Shown here: piece after piece, positions 28,180-38,140 of the stretch
How the letters are laid out: every line of letters starts with the position of its first letter
Numbering within the stretch: position 1 is the stretch's first letter
Virus record (IMG/VR): IMGVR_UViG_3300033498_000048
Span: 128,001-192,000 of that record
DNA: 64,000 nt
Origin: a virus
Lineage: Duplodnaviria > Caudoviricetes
Direction: 5' to 3' (one strand)
Translations under genes and position numbers: made by a program
The notes under the pieces: generated by a model
What the model was told of the DNA's origin: nothing
What the model saw: the letters and a program-made list of their open reading frames with translations, nothing else
Database searches by the model: none

Positions 28180-28782
28180 TTATTCCATAATACCTGCGTA
28201 TATTTTTTGAATACGCATAACGTCCATACAAACATCATGTAACGCATTGTGAGTAACTGCCGTTGGAATACCTAAATCTTTATATCTACCAAATCCATCT
28301 ATCGAACTTTCTAACACGTCAACAAAAGTTCTTACATCCCTCAACATCCAAGTGTTTATTGGCATAGAAATTGTGTTAGCTACATTATCATACAATGATG
28401 TTAATATTGGACCATCAAATGCTATACCCCTAGACCACACAAAACTATTATTGTATGAATATTGTGTAGTTCCAACAAACTTTGAAAACAATCTCAACCC
28501 TTGCTCAACACTAACATCATGCTTTGATGGCTTTGTAATAGACTTAGCCGAATCACCTTGCTTTCTCCACCACTCCATAGTATCAACTTCAACATTCCGT
28601 TTATACTTTTTGATTTGCTCGATTGAATCAAATTTAATATAAAATCCAGATTTAACTAAGTCATCAAATTCACACATTGAATCTAACGTGAATTGGACAC
28701 AAGCTAATGATAAAATAACACTGTTAGGTCTAGTACCCAAAGTTTCCATATCAATTAACAAATGAGTTTTGTTTTGTATCAT
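28180..28782 (-). CDS. dexA: DEDD 3'-5' exonuclease, T4 DexA-like
   Basis: LIDMETLG, WWRKQ, WSRGIAFD, RDVRT, HNALHDVCMD. Confidence 0.85.
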   Translation of the reverse strand: MIQNKTHLLIDMETLGTRPNSVILSLACVQFTLDSMCEFDDLVKSGFYIKFDSIEQIKKYKRNVEVDTMEWWRKQGDSAKSITKPSKHDVSVEQGLRLFSKFVGTTQYSYNNSFVWSRGIAFDGPILTSLYDNVANTISMPINTWMLRDVRTFVDVLESSIDGFGRYKDLGIPTAVTHNALHDVCMDVMRIQKIYAGIME

Positions 28783-28837
28783 ACAACCTCCACATTGAAT
28801 TGTTGTGGATATTACTCCACAACAATCATTTAAACTA

Positions 28838-29707
28838 TTAGTTATTTAACATAGACTTAAATCTAGCTAAGTCATCGTCATCGTCAATAGTTGCAGCTTG
28901 TGGTGCTGAAGCTGGTCCATTAAGGTGTGCAGTTTGGTTAAATGCTGTATCTTTTGCAACTACTCCAACTAAACTGTTATATCTAGTTGATAATTCATCG
29001 TATGTTTTAAACTTATCACTTGATGATAATTCAACTAAACCATGCAATTGATGTTCTAACGACTCTAAAAATTGTTCATCAGATGAAAGTGGTTTTGGAG
29101 CATCAAACTTGCTTTTATCATAGTTTCTACGTCCATCAACTTTTCGGATGATTAATCTAAAATTCGCTCCTTCCCATAAATCGAACGGTTCAAACGCATC
29201 TTCACCTAATGCTGGGTCTGGTTTAATTGCATCCTGAATTTTCGCATAAATTTTAACTCCGTAGCGAAAAATGAACACCTTACCTTCATTTTCTGGATGT
29301 TGTGAATCGGAAATAACTAATACATTACTATAATAACTTAGTTTCCGTTTACGGGTTCGGACGATTTGTCGATTTTCTTCAATTCCGGTGTTCCACAATT
29401 CACTATTAGCCTCACACACAGGACACTTATGGTCTTTGCCCAATGTTGTTGGGCAATTTTCGATAAACCATTTTTCACCGATTTTAAACCCGTGATTATA
29501 CAAACTTGTATATGGACTATCTTCATTTGGACATGGAGGTAAAAATCTTATAATACTTGAATGATTACCAGCATTATCTACTTGGGGTTCCCAGATTTTA
29601 TCGTTTTTGAATGAATTACCATTTCCTTGTTCCATTTGGGCTTTTAATGCTGCTAGTCCAGATTTGGATTGGCTTTTCTCTTTCAATTTTTTCAAAAAAT
29701 CACTCAT
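28838..29707 (-). CDS. 32: Single-stranded DNA-binding protein gp32
   Basis: IIRFLP, HGFK...WFIENCPTT...CPVC, RKRKLSYYSNVLV, NEGKVF.FRYG.KI, NYDKSKF, acidic tail. Confidence 0.95.
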   Translation of the reverse strand: MSDFLKKLKEKSQSKSGLAALKAQMEQGNGNSFKNDKIWEPQVDNAGNHSSIIRFLPPCPNEDSPYTSLYNHGFKIGEKWFIENCPTTLGKDHKCPVCEANSELWNTGIEENRQIVRTRKRKLSYYSNVLVISDSQHPENEGKVFIFRYGVKIYAKIQDAIKPDPALGEDAFEPFDLWEGANFRLIIRKVDGRRNYDKSKFDAPKPLSSDEQFLESLEHQLHGLVELSSSDKFKTYDELSTRYNSLVGVVAKDTAFNQTAHLNGPASAPQAATIDDDDDLARFKSMLNN

Positions 29708-29751
29708 TTAACTTTCCTTTTGTTATTCACTTATCCATAATATACTTTTAA

Positions 29752-30357
29752 TTAACTTAAATTTTCAATGTATTGCTTTATTTTACTACTTTCTACGGTG
29801 AGGAACGGTTTATACTTTTTTAATTTAAATGCAATCTCTGACCACAGTGGGTCAGATTTAGATTGTTCAGTGTATGCTAATCCTTTATCTAAAACCGATA
29901 ATGTTTCATCTGTTATTCCACCGAATATTTCTTGTGATTTTTTAAATATCAAAGGCAATTCACCATTGCTAATGAATAAATCACGCAAAGTAAATTTAGA
30001 ATCATACATAAAATCAGCTAAATTTGCAATATCTTTAGAGATTACATATTCAAGTGATTTTACCCGTCCCATTCTATCAGTGTGGAACATTTTGATTTCA
30101 TCGTCAAAATATATATCACTGATATGACAACTACTATTTAACAAAAACGAACTAATAATCAAATTACATCTATCAATTCTATTTGGATATTTCAAATGTA
30201 ATGATGTAAATAATTTACAATCCCGTCTTTTTAAATATGTTTCAAATGGAATCCTTTTATATACAGAATTGTAATTCCAATTAAAGGATTCCATCGTGAA
30301 ATGTGTTTTAATATAAACATAATCAATATAAGTTTCAAACCCGATTGATATGTCCAT
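29752..30357 (-). CDS. 59: Helicase loader gp59
   Basis: Y..Y..IK.HFT, RRD..LF, K..KYKPFL; sits immediately upstream of gp32 as in T4. Confidence 0.8.
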   Translation of the reverse strand: MDISIGFETYIDYVYIKTHFTMESFNWNYNSVYKRIPFETYLKRRDCKLFTSLHLKYPNRIDRCNLIISSFLLNSSCHISDIYFDDEIKMFHTDRMGRVKSLEYVISKDIANLADFMYDSKFTLRDLFISNGELPLIFKKSQEIFGGITDETLSVLDKGLAYTEQSKSDPLWSEIAFKLKKYKPFLTVESSKIKQYIENLS

Positions 30358-30358
30358 A

Positions 30359-30580
30359 TTATCTTTTTTTACTAATCAATGTTGGAGTTTTAATAATAAC
30401 ACGATTTGTTTTAATAGCCTCAGCTTTTAATAATTCGATAACGTGTTTGTCTAATATTCCAATAATTGCTTCAACTCTGTCATCTGAACCACAGTATATC
30501 AAAAGTGCATCTATTAAGTCAACACCTTGACTGTCTTTTATATGTGTCAATTCTGTTAATATTCGTTCACTTGCATTCAT
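30359..30580 (-). CDS. 33: Late transcription coactivator gp33
   Basis: IDALL.YC...L...LK.EA...N pattern and 33-59-32 synteny. Confidence 0.6.
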   Translation of the reverse strand: MNASERILTELTHIKDSQGVDLIDALLIYCGSDDRVEAIIGILDKHVIELLKAEAIKTNRVIIKTPTLISKKR

Positions 30581-31686
30581 TTACAACTCTCAATATATTT
30601 TACACGGGCATCAAACACTGCCGATTTGATTTTCATTCCATCTTTGAACTGCTTTGCAATTGCCTCAGCATCAACTTTAGATGCCAACTCAATGTCGTTA
30701 ATTAACAATGATAATGAAGTTTTTTTCAAATTGTGGAACACTGCTACTACATCAAATATAACAAGAATGTTTTTATTTGTCAATGCCCTTGTGTTCATAA
30801 TTAAATCTAATCGTTGACTCGTACTCAATAACTCATAATCAAGGATTGTGTTGTAATGTGCTTTAAACAATTTGTTTAGAACTGAATACTCTGTTGGAAT
30901 ACAATGCCTTATATAGTCTAAATCACTCTTAAAGTTTGTTCCAATTGCAATAAATTTAGACACACTGGAATTAGCTTTTTTCAATAATGTTTTTGAGTAC
31001 GCTCTATATATAGACATAGCATCAATATCTAATGCCCCACAATCTTTTAGTGCATCAAACATTTTCCATGTGTATTTTTCACTTAAGCCTTTTTTAATTT
31101 CTAAAAATATTCTTTCTTGACATTGTTTATCAAGTTCAGGAACAACCTTTGACATCAGCTCAATAGTTTCTGGGTGTATTTTAAATCCGTATCTGGCATG
31201 AAACCTTGCTGCTCGCAATACACGCACTGGGTCTTCAGCAAATGCGATTGAAACGTGTTTAATCGTTTTATTTCTCATATCAGCAATACCATTAAATGGG
31301 TCTATTATATTCCCATTCACGTCCATTGCTATAGCATTCATCGTTAAATCTCTGCGTTTTAAATCAGAGATAATACCAACACCAGTTTTATCAACTTGGA
31401 ATCCAGTATAACCGACTCCATTTTTACTTTCTGTTCTGGTCAATGCAACTTCGTTATTGTCAATAAGGAACACTGGAAATGATTTCCCAACCATTTCAAT
31501 ATCAGGAAACAATCTTCTGAACTCAGTTTCTGTTAAATCGACAACAATATCGAAATCGTTAATATCACACTTTAGAATGTGGTCTCTCACACAACCTCCA
31601 ACTAAGAAAGTTTTTTGTGGAACTTTCTCAATTAAAACATTTGGAATTTTACTTAATAACGTTGATGTTTTCATGTCATAATCCAA
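30577..31686 (-). CDS. cca: tRNA nucleotidyltransferase (class II CCA-adding enzyme, no HD domain)
   Basis: LVGGCVRD...DFDIVV, VGKSFPVF, DLKRRDLTMNAIA, EDPVRVLRAARF, ERIFLE. Confidence 0.9.
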   Translation of the reverse strand: MDYDMKTSTLLSKIPNVLIEKVPQKTFLVGGCVRDHILKCDINDFDIVVDLTETEFRRLFPDIEMVGKSFPVFLIDNNEVALTRTESKNGVGYTGFQVDKTGVGIISDLKRRDLTMNAIAMDVNGNIIDPFNGIADMRNKTIKHVSIAFAEDPVRVLRAARFHARYGFKIHPETIELMSKVVPELDKQCQERIFLEIKKGLSEKYTWKMFDALKDCGALDIDAMSIYRAYSKTLLKKANSSVSKFIAIGTNFKSDLDYIRHCIPTEYSVLNKLFKAHYNTILDYELLSTSQRLDLIMNTRALTNKNILVIFDVVAVFHNLKKTSLSLLINDIELASKVDAEAIAKQFKDGMKIKSAVFDARVKYIESCK

Positions 31687-31707
31687 CTTTGTTTATTTGA
31701 TTTGCAC

Positions 31708-31736
31708 ATTATGCTATAACGATTTCGATTTGTCAA
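31708..31736 (-). promoter_or_regulatory. Sigma70-like promoter TTGACA-17-CATAAT
   Basis: Upstream of cca. Confidence 0.65.
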
Positions 31737-31740
31737 GATA

Positions 31741-32268
31741 TTATTCTATACCATCTTTGGTATATGCTTGATTCCAAGTAAATACTGGACTTGTGAACGT
31801 GGTACTATCATTTTTAAAAAACATACTCAACTGAGAATACATTACACCTCTATCTAACATTGCTACATTAGAATGTTTTTTGTGTGGTAAAATCCTATAA
31901 GAAACAGTTGTTACTCCAGAAAAACCTAATGCCTTAGCTGCACCTTTTGATAAATCAAATTTTCTGTTTCCAACGTATGGTCCTCGGTCATTAATTCGTA
32001 CAGTGATTGTTTTTCCCTTTCTGGACATTTCAACTAATGTTCCCATTGGAAGGGTTTTATGGGCTGCTGTCATAGCATTTTGATTAAAACGTTCACAAGT
32101 TCTTCCGTGCTTAGTTTTAATCTGATGTGCTGTACATCTACCATGAAACCCTGGACCATACCAACTTACCAATGCTGAGTCTGCGTTTGCATAAAAACTA
32201 GCTAGAGCTAGGGTAATTAATGTGGTATTCTTTAGACATTTTAACACACTTTTCGATTCTTTTGTCAT
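31741..32268 (-). CDS. rlpA: RlpA-family (DPBB) lytic transglycosylase with signal-peptide-like N-terminus
   Basis: SWYGPGFHGR.TA, MTAAHKTLPMGT, VRINDRGPY...FDLS..AA..LG; no SPOR domain. Confidence 0.85.
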   Translation of the reverse strand: MTKESKSVLKCLKNTTLITLALASFYANADSALVSWYGPGFHGRCTAHQIKTKHGRTCERFNQNAMTAAHKTLPMGTLVEMSRKGKTITVRINDRGPYVGNRKFDLSKGAAKALGFSGVTTVSYRILPHKKHSNVAMLDRGVMYSQLSMFFKNDSTTFTSPVFTWNQAYTKDGIE

Positions 32269-32887
32269 CTATTTTTCTCTTAAAGACTTGTGGAAGTCCA
32301 CCTCTAACCGAAATTAATACGACTAATTGTGTACATGATATTCCAGTTACTTCGTAAAGCATCATAGCATAAAAGCAACATTGTAAAAAATACGACTCAA
32401 TATCTTCAGCCTTTTTTTCACGTCTAGCACTTTTAAAATCAATAATACTCAAGACCCCTTGATAATAGCCAATACAATCTGTACGTCCAGCAATCTTTAG
32501 GACATCAGAATATAGTGGCAATTCAAGTGAGATAGCTTCCACTTTTTTCATATAAATCAAAAGATTTCTATACAATTCAATTGCAATGTCATTAGTGGAA
32601 ATTAAATGGAAGTCTCCATTTAAATGATGTTCCAATAACTTGTGCATATTTGACCCTAGTTCCGTAGACTCTTTTGTAATTCTATCAGCTTCGGAACTAC
32701 CAACTTTTTTTCTCCAATCATCTAACCAAGTTTTATCGGTCATTTTGGACAAGATAGTAGTAACAGATGGATATTTGTTTCCATCTGGGGTAGTATAAAG
32801 TCTTTCTCCAATTAAGTTAGTACAATCAGAAAATCTTGCAGCATACGCTTTTGAATAAGATAATATTGTTTCTTTAGTGTTCTTCAT
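32198..32887 (-). CDS. PD-(D/E)XK exonuclease (Cas4-like, conserved in T4-like phages)
   Basis: YPSVTTIL, WRKKVG, G..MH, IAGRTDCI, IIDFKS, YFLQ..FYA. Confidence 0.85.
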   Translation of the reverse strand: MKNTKETILSYSKAYAARFSDCTNLIGERLYTTPDGNKYPSVTTILSKMTDKTWLDDWRKKVGSSEADRITKESTELGSNMHKLLEHHLNGDFHLISTNDIAIELYRNLLIYMKKVEAISLELPLYSDVLKIAGRTDCIGYYQGVLSIIDFKSARREKKAEDIESYFLQCCFYAMMLYEVTGISCTQLVVLISVRGGLPQVFKRKIDDKRIEKCVKMSKEYHINYPSSS

Positions 32888-33019
32888 CTGATTTAACTTT
32901 TACTGTGATATTTTATGTGGACTTCACATAAACCCAATATATTATTTACGTCACAACTTCTTCATAAATCACCTCCATTTGCATAATTTACTACAATCTG
33001 GTTTCGATGTCAACAACTT

Positions 33020-33274
33020 TTAATAAGTTGTAAAATCAGACCCTGGATTTGACCTTGATAACTTGTTAATAAAGGTTTGCCAATCTCCGTGTGGTTTTAT
33101 GTGTCCTAATCTAATAGGGTCTCCCATTCTATTTCCTTTAGTGTGTATTTGTTTAACTAATGTAATCTCACACATTGGACATGGTTCGGATTCAGGCATT
33201 TTATAATCAACCATCTTTAGTGTGCGTTCAAAGATATATTCACAATTCCCGCATTGATACTCATATAGTGGCAT
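33020..33274 (-). CDS. FmdB-family zinc-ribbon regulatory protein
   Basis: MPLYEYQCGNC...CPMC. Confidence 0.8.
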   Translation of the reverse strand: MPLYEYQCGNCEYIFERTLKMVDYKMPESEPCPMCEITLVKQIHTKGNRMGDPIRLGHIKPHGDWQTFINKLSRSNPGSDFTTY

Positions 33275-33451
33275 TTATTGTCCTTGTATTAATTGCATTT
33301 ATCTATCGCCTTTCTCTATTTGTGGCTATTTCTGATATTTGTGCTTCCAGTAACTTTATGGTGTATTGTAATTGTACATTGTCTGGAATCTGTAATATCA
33401 AATCATTTAACTTATTAACGTGATATTGCATATCTTTAATCTTATCTGTTG

Positions 33452-33667
33452 TCATTCTAATTCTAGTGTCAAGCTATCACATTTAATGGTTTTAAACTTT
33501 CCAGTCAATAGACTTAAAACCACTACACAGAAATATCCATTCGGATTCATGGCTGGTTCAGATGTAATTAAATACCTAGTTTCATCATTATCAATTTTAC
33601 AAACTTTCTTTATTAACATTAACATTCTCCAATTTAGTTGCAATGTCATAATATTTATACGCAACAT
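33452..33667 (-). CDS. Hypothetical protein (true start probably MLMLIKK)
   Basis: GGAG RBS before the internal ATG. Confidence 0.5.
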   Translation of the reverse strand: MLRINIMTLQLNWRMLMLIKKVCKIDNDETRYLITSEPAMNPNGYFCVVVLSLLTGKFKTIKCDSLTLELE

Positions 33668-33797
33668 CTTCTTTCAATAACATTGATTGTATGTTAGATA
33701 ATTCAATCAATTCTTTACGAGTTTCTTCCAATTTAATATTCAATTGTGTTTGAATATTGTCAATTTCACTATATAACGATTTAATGTGTAATACCAT
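33597..33797 (-). CDS. Hypothetical coiled-coil protein, possibly 5'-truncated
   Basis: The reading frame is open upstream as far as the edge of repeat array 3. Confidence 0.5.
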   Translation of the reverse strand: MVLHIKSLYSEIDNIQTQLNIKLEETRKELIELSNIQSMLLKEDVAYKYYDIATKLENVNVNKESL

Positions 33798-33879
33798 TAA
33801 TCTTTCGTAGTCCGAATAGTTCCTATGTTTTAACGTCTTTATTGCTTGTTCTTTGTTGTTAATTTTCTTAGCTCCAAAA

Positions 33880-34652
33880 TATCAACAGGTTAGCACTTGC
33901 AAACTGGTATTAGTTATATAACTGTTCCAAGTGCTAACTCATTGATTATGTTTAAAAATATAAAACCACCACTAATACCAGTTTGCAAGTGCTAACCTGT
34001 TGATATTGGATGACCATTCTTGTTCAATTATTAAGAATCAATAACATAGCACTTGGAACAGTTTACTAATTAACCAACACCTGTAAGTGCTAACTCATTG
34101 ATTCTTAAACATTCAGTCTAATTAGCACTCGTGGAACTGGTCTTAGTTGTATAATCGTTGCAAGTGCTAACTCATTGATATTATTAGGACACAATCATTC
34201 CGAATTAAATCAATAGGTTAGCATTTACAGATTGGTCTTAGTTATATAACCGTTGATATTTGATTACCATTCTTGTCAATTATGAAGAATCAATGAGTTA
34301 GCACTTGCAACGTGTTAGTAATTACCTAACCGTTATAAATGCTAACTAACTGTTTATTAAGCATTTTCACCATAACCTAACTAAATCAATGAGTTAGCAT
34401 TTATATGGGTGTCTTAATTATATAACGGTTGCAAGTGCTAACCTATTGATTCTTAATACCAACATAAAACTCCAGTATGGACTGATATTAACCATTACTA
34501 ATTCGTTAATATTACCAACGCTTCTAGTCAATTATTTTGAATCAATGACTTAGCACTTGGAACGGTTATATAATTAACTAACTGCTCCAAGTGCTAACTT
34601 ATTGATTTAATTGAGTTTGTGTGATTGTATATGAATCAATGAGTTAGCACTT
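33880..34652. repeat. Inverted-repeat array 3 (largest)
   Basis: Complete units at 33880, 34036, 34288, 34384 and 34540; orphan or degenerate arms at 33987, 34162, 34208 and 34634. Confidence 0.95.
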
Positions 34653-34709
34653 GGAACAACTAACCAATGAACGACTAAATACCACATACCACATAATTGG
34701 ATAACTTGG

Positions 34710-35189
34710 ATGATAATAAATTTTGATACTGTCACGTTGATATTTATATTCATATTAATTGAATATATCATATACAATTGTATTAAGAGTAAGAATGATA
34801 CAATTCCAGACTGGGATAGAAAGTGTATATGGAAAACAAAAGTAAAAAAATTGGTTAAGGTTGTTGATGGTGATACATTTACAGCATTCGTGGATGGACA
34901 TCATCCAATTGACAATAAACCAATTGGAATTAGAATCAGGGGAATAGATACTCCTGAAATGAAATCGACAGACGAACACACTAAAAGACTAGCAATAGAG
35001 GCTAAAGAAGTTGCTATGGGTGTATTAACTAAGTCCAGAAAGATTGTGCTATATAACGTAAGCTTAAATGACAAATATGGAAGGATGTTAGCGACTGTGT
35101 TTTGTGATGGAATAGATTTAGCCAAACTTCTTCTTAATAGAGGACTGGCTAAACCTTATTTTGGAGGAACTAAAGAGGATTGGGATTAA
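34710..35189 (+). CDS. Staphylococcal nuclease-like (SNase/thermonuclease) with N-terminal membrane anchor
   Basis: KVVDGDT, IRIRGIDTPEM, DKYGRMLA, LLNRGLAKPY; hydrophobic first 25 aa. Confidence 0.88.
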   Translation: MIINFDTVTLIFIFILIEYIIYNCIKSKNDTIPDWDRKCIWKTKVKKLVKVVDGDTFTAFVDGHHPIDNKPIGIRIRGIDTPEMKSTDEHTKRLAIEAKEVAMGVLTKSRKIVLYNVSLNDKYGRMLATVFCDGIDLAKLLLNRGLAKPYFGGTKEDWD

Positions 35190-36589
35190 TTTAGTGCAGC
35201 AAATTTGTTTTTCGGTTGCTGTGGAGTTGGTTGTTTACTATAATTGTGATTAGACACATTTTTTTGTTCTGAATCCATAACGTTATAGATTCGCTGGAGC
35301 ATTAAATCTAAACCTAATAGGAATTTTGAATTGGTGTTTTTATCACCATATCTGTTTTTTAACTGTTTTCCATGAATTTGATTTAATGCCACCAATTCTT
35401 CTGTTTGTGCTAGTGCTATGGCAAAATCCATAGTTGCTGCTACTGCAAGCGATTCGGATATATCAGACATTTCAGCATCCGTAGAACTTTGTGCAGCCCT
35501 ATTCAATTGGAATGCAGACCAACCCACAACATCTAACTCAATGAATAGTCCACGAACTTCTTCCGCAACTGCTTTTAAGTAAAAATAACTAGATGTGTTA
35601 GCTGCCTTTAATCTATAGCTTCCAACTAATCCAAGATAATCAACTAAAATTACTTTTGGGACAAAATTTTGTTTTAATTTTAAATCATTTAATAGTGATT
35701 TAAAGTGCATTACATTTGCAGACCCTGGAGGATATTGTTTTACTTTTATGCGTCCAAAACTAGATTCTTTTATCCTATCAATTTTGGACATATATCTAGT
35801 TCGACCATATTCAGCAAATGAATTTATTGGAATACCCAATACATTAGCATCTATCCGTTTCAATATTTGTTCTTCACTCATTTCCAATGATATGTATAAA
35901 ACATCGTAACCGAGTTTAGCATACATTCCAGCTAAGTAACATAAACTCAATGTTTTACCAACATTTATTCCACTTAATACTATGTTTAATGTTTTACTTT
36001 CAACTCCACCATTTGTAATTGTATTCAAAATGTTTATATCAAATGGGTGTTTGGACAATGGTTGTGTATAATAATCCCAACGTGCATTGGCATCATCTAA
36101 GAAATCCATTCCAACCTTAGTATCAAAACTAATTGATACTGCGTCACGAAGCATATCTGGAATCATAGTTGGTGGAGTTGTTTTATCATCTCCATCGTAT
36201 ATATTAATAGACTTCATAATAGCATTGTAAACGGCTTTATCTTGACAAAACTTTTCAGCTTGTTTTGCCAACCACGCAAAATCGCTAGGGGTTTCAATCT
36301 TGTGAACTTCCCTTACGATGTTTTGAGCTTGAGTCAATTCAATGTCATTTAACTTTGTATTCCGTAAATCAATTAACAAAGTTGTGGCATTTGGTTTTGT
36401 TTGATATTTGGAAATATAGCCAGCAATTGTTTCAAAAACTATTCTTTCCAATTTATCGTGGAAATACTCTGGTTTAATAAACGGTAATGCTTGTCCAATA
36501 AATTCAGTGTTTGTTATCAAACTTCCCAATATCAATTTTTCTGTTGATATATCCATACATAATCCTATTATAATTATTAAATAAAACAC
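35186..36589 (-). CDS. 41: Replicative helicase gp41
   Basis: EKFCQDKAVYNAI, GINVGKT, ISLEMSEE, IKVKQYP, VDYLGL, KAVAEEVRG, QLKNRY. Confidence 0.95.
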   Translation of the reverse strand: MFYLIIIIGLCMDISTEKLILGSLITNTEFIGQALPFIKPEYFHDKLERIVFETIAGYISKYQTKPNATTLLIDLRNTKLNDIELTQAQNIVREVHKIETPSDFAWLAKQAEKFCQDKAVYNAIMKSINIYDGDDKTTPPTMIPDMLRDAVSISFDTKVGMDFLDDANARWDYYTQPLSKHPFDINILNTITNGGVESKTLNIVLSGINVGKTLSLCYLAGMYAKLGYDVLYISLEMSEEQILKRIDANVLGIPINSFAEYGRTRYMSKIDRIKESSFGRIKVKQYPPGSANVMHFKSLLNDLKLKQNFVPKVILVDYLGLVGSYRLKAANTSSYFYLKAVAEEVRGLFIELDVVGWSAFQLNRAAQSSTDAEMSDISESLAVAATMDFAIALAQTEELVALNQIHGKQLKNRYGDKNTNSKFLLGLDLMLQRIYNVMDSEQKNVSNHNYSKQPTPQQPKNKFAALN

Positions 36590-36626
36590 AATTGGATATT
36601 TAACTTATTCCAATTGTGCATATACA

Positions 36627-38108
36627 TCAATCTATTTCATCTTCAATAACATCAATTGGAACAATACTACTTCCAAATAAATTCGCAGTTGATAATTTAA
36701 AATTGTCAATTACCCATTTTTTAAATGTTGGATTGTCTAATATCGGTGTCCAAAATTCAGAACAATCCGTTTCTTTTAATCTCCATTTTTTAGCTTCAAT
36801 TTCACCTGTATCAAATACTCTTGAATACCAACCTTGGACTGGTTTAATAACAAGCCCTGATTGTAACCCTAACTCAATCAATCCAGTGTAAGTCGATAAT
36901 CCACCATCAAATTTAACTGTAATCGGAATCTTTGATTTCTCTATAACTACTCTTGATTTCTCAACATTTACCACAAAATTATGTCCAATTAATTCTGTTC
37001 CATCTTTTTCTTGTTGTCTACCGATAATGAAAATTGTATCTGCGGAATAATATGGACCCGTATTATGCGTTACAACTCCATTTTCCAAAATATAATGTTC
37101 AGCTTCATAGACTGAAATATCATAAACTGGCAATTTACCAACTATATTAATTGATTTGACAATCCTTCCACTTGTTTTACCAATATACCCATTTGTTGTA
37201 ACTGGAGTATCAATTTTTAAATTTTTTGCCTCTGTCCAACCATCAATTGTTAAAAATGAATGATTGTTTGAACAAGTGACACTATATCCATCATCAAATT
37301 GAATCTCATAACATTCTGGAATGCCAATATGTAACGTATCAGGATTCCATATTGAAGTAACAACTTTATCACCAATCGCAGTTCTAACCTGTTCACCAAC
37401 TTTAATGTTTTGTATTTCTTTAAGAGTGTTGTCCGACATTTGAAGCTTTGTTCCCGACACTAAACAACCTCCACTAACAACTGCTTTTGAATAGATTTCC
37501 TGTGTTTGATAGATGTGTGCCACGATAACACATGGAATGTTCTTTATTTTCATATATGGAGTAATAATTCTAAAAAATGATTTAATCTGTTTAGCTCTGC
37601 TCATATCAGCAACAGATTTTTCATCTTTAGCATCATCAACTTCTTTTTTGGATGCTATATTTCCGATTGAGTCCACAACAAAGATTACTTTATCACCCCG
37701 TTCAATTCCTTCTAATTGGTTTACCATATCGAACTTCAATTCTTCCAAATTCAGGATTGGAATGTGCATTACTCTTCCCATATCAATTTCCAATGAATTG
37801 AAATAGTCTTTAGAAGTACCAAACTCACAATTGTAAAACATTAATACAGACTCAGGATATTTGTCCATGTATTTTTTAGCCATTATCAGGGAAAACATTG
37901 TTTTAAATGATTTCGATGCACCTGCTAATATTGTGATTCCAGGTGAAAAGCCACCATCGACATCTCCCGATAACAAAATATCGAGAGATGGAATCCCAGT
38001 GTGTACGACTTCAGTTTGATTAAAAAACTTAGAGTCCTTTAATATTTCCGTTGCTTTAATTGTTGAATTGCTTTTCAATCTGTCCATCAAGCTTGTTTTT
38101 GTAGCCAT
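36627..38108 (-). CDS. uvsX: UvsX RecA-like recombinase containing a mini-intein
   Basis: GASKSFKT, VVDSIGN.ASKKE, KSVADMSRAK, SGG|intein|TGPYYSAD. Confidence 0.95.
   Translation of the reverse strand: MATKTSLMDRLKSNSTIKATEILKDSKFFNQTEVVHTGIPSLDILLSGDVDGGFSPGITILAGASKSFKTMFSLIMAKKYMDKYPESVLMFYNCEFGTSKDYFNSLEIDMGRVMHIPILNLEELKFDMVNQLEGIERGDKVIFVVDSIGNIASKKEVDDAKDEKSVADMSRAKQIKSFFRIITPYMKIKNIPCVIVAHIYQTQEIYSKAVVSGGCLVSGTKLQMSDNTLKEIQNIKVGEQVRTAIGDKVVTSIWNPDTLHIGIPECYEIQFDDGYSVTCSNNHSFLTIDGWTEAKNLKIDTPVTTNGYIGKTSGRIVKSINIVGKLPVYDISVYEAEHYILENGVVTHNTGPYYSADTIFIIGRQQEKDGTELIGHNFVVNVEKSRVVIEKSKIPITVKFDGGLSTYTGLIELGLQSGLVIKPVQGWYSRVFDTGEIEAKKWRLKETDCSEFWTPILDNPTFKKWVIDNFKLSTANLFGSSIVPIDVIEDEID
37062..37466 (-). 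mobile_element. Cis mini-intein in UvsX (135 aa, Cys1...His-Asn, Thr+1)
   Basis: CLVSGT (block A), TCSNNH (block B), VYDISV...VTHN|T (blocks F/G); no endonuclease domain. Confidence 0.92.
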
Positions 38109-38140
38109 TATTTGTTCCTATAATCCATATCACACAACAA

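Noticed and set aside
33880-34652. Repeat arrays as CRISPR arrays (a Cas4-like nuclease lies about 1 kb away)
   Set aside because: Arms alternate in orientation rather than being direct repeats, the intervening sequences resemble each other instead of being unique spacers, and no cas1/cas2 or effector is present. The PD-(D/E)XK nuclease is a routine T4-like gene.
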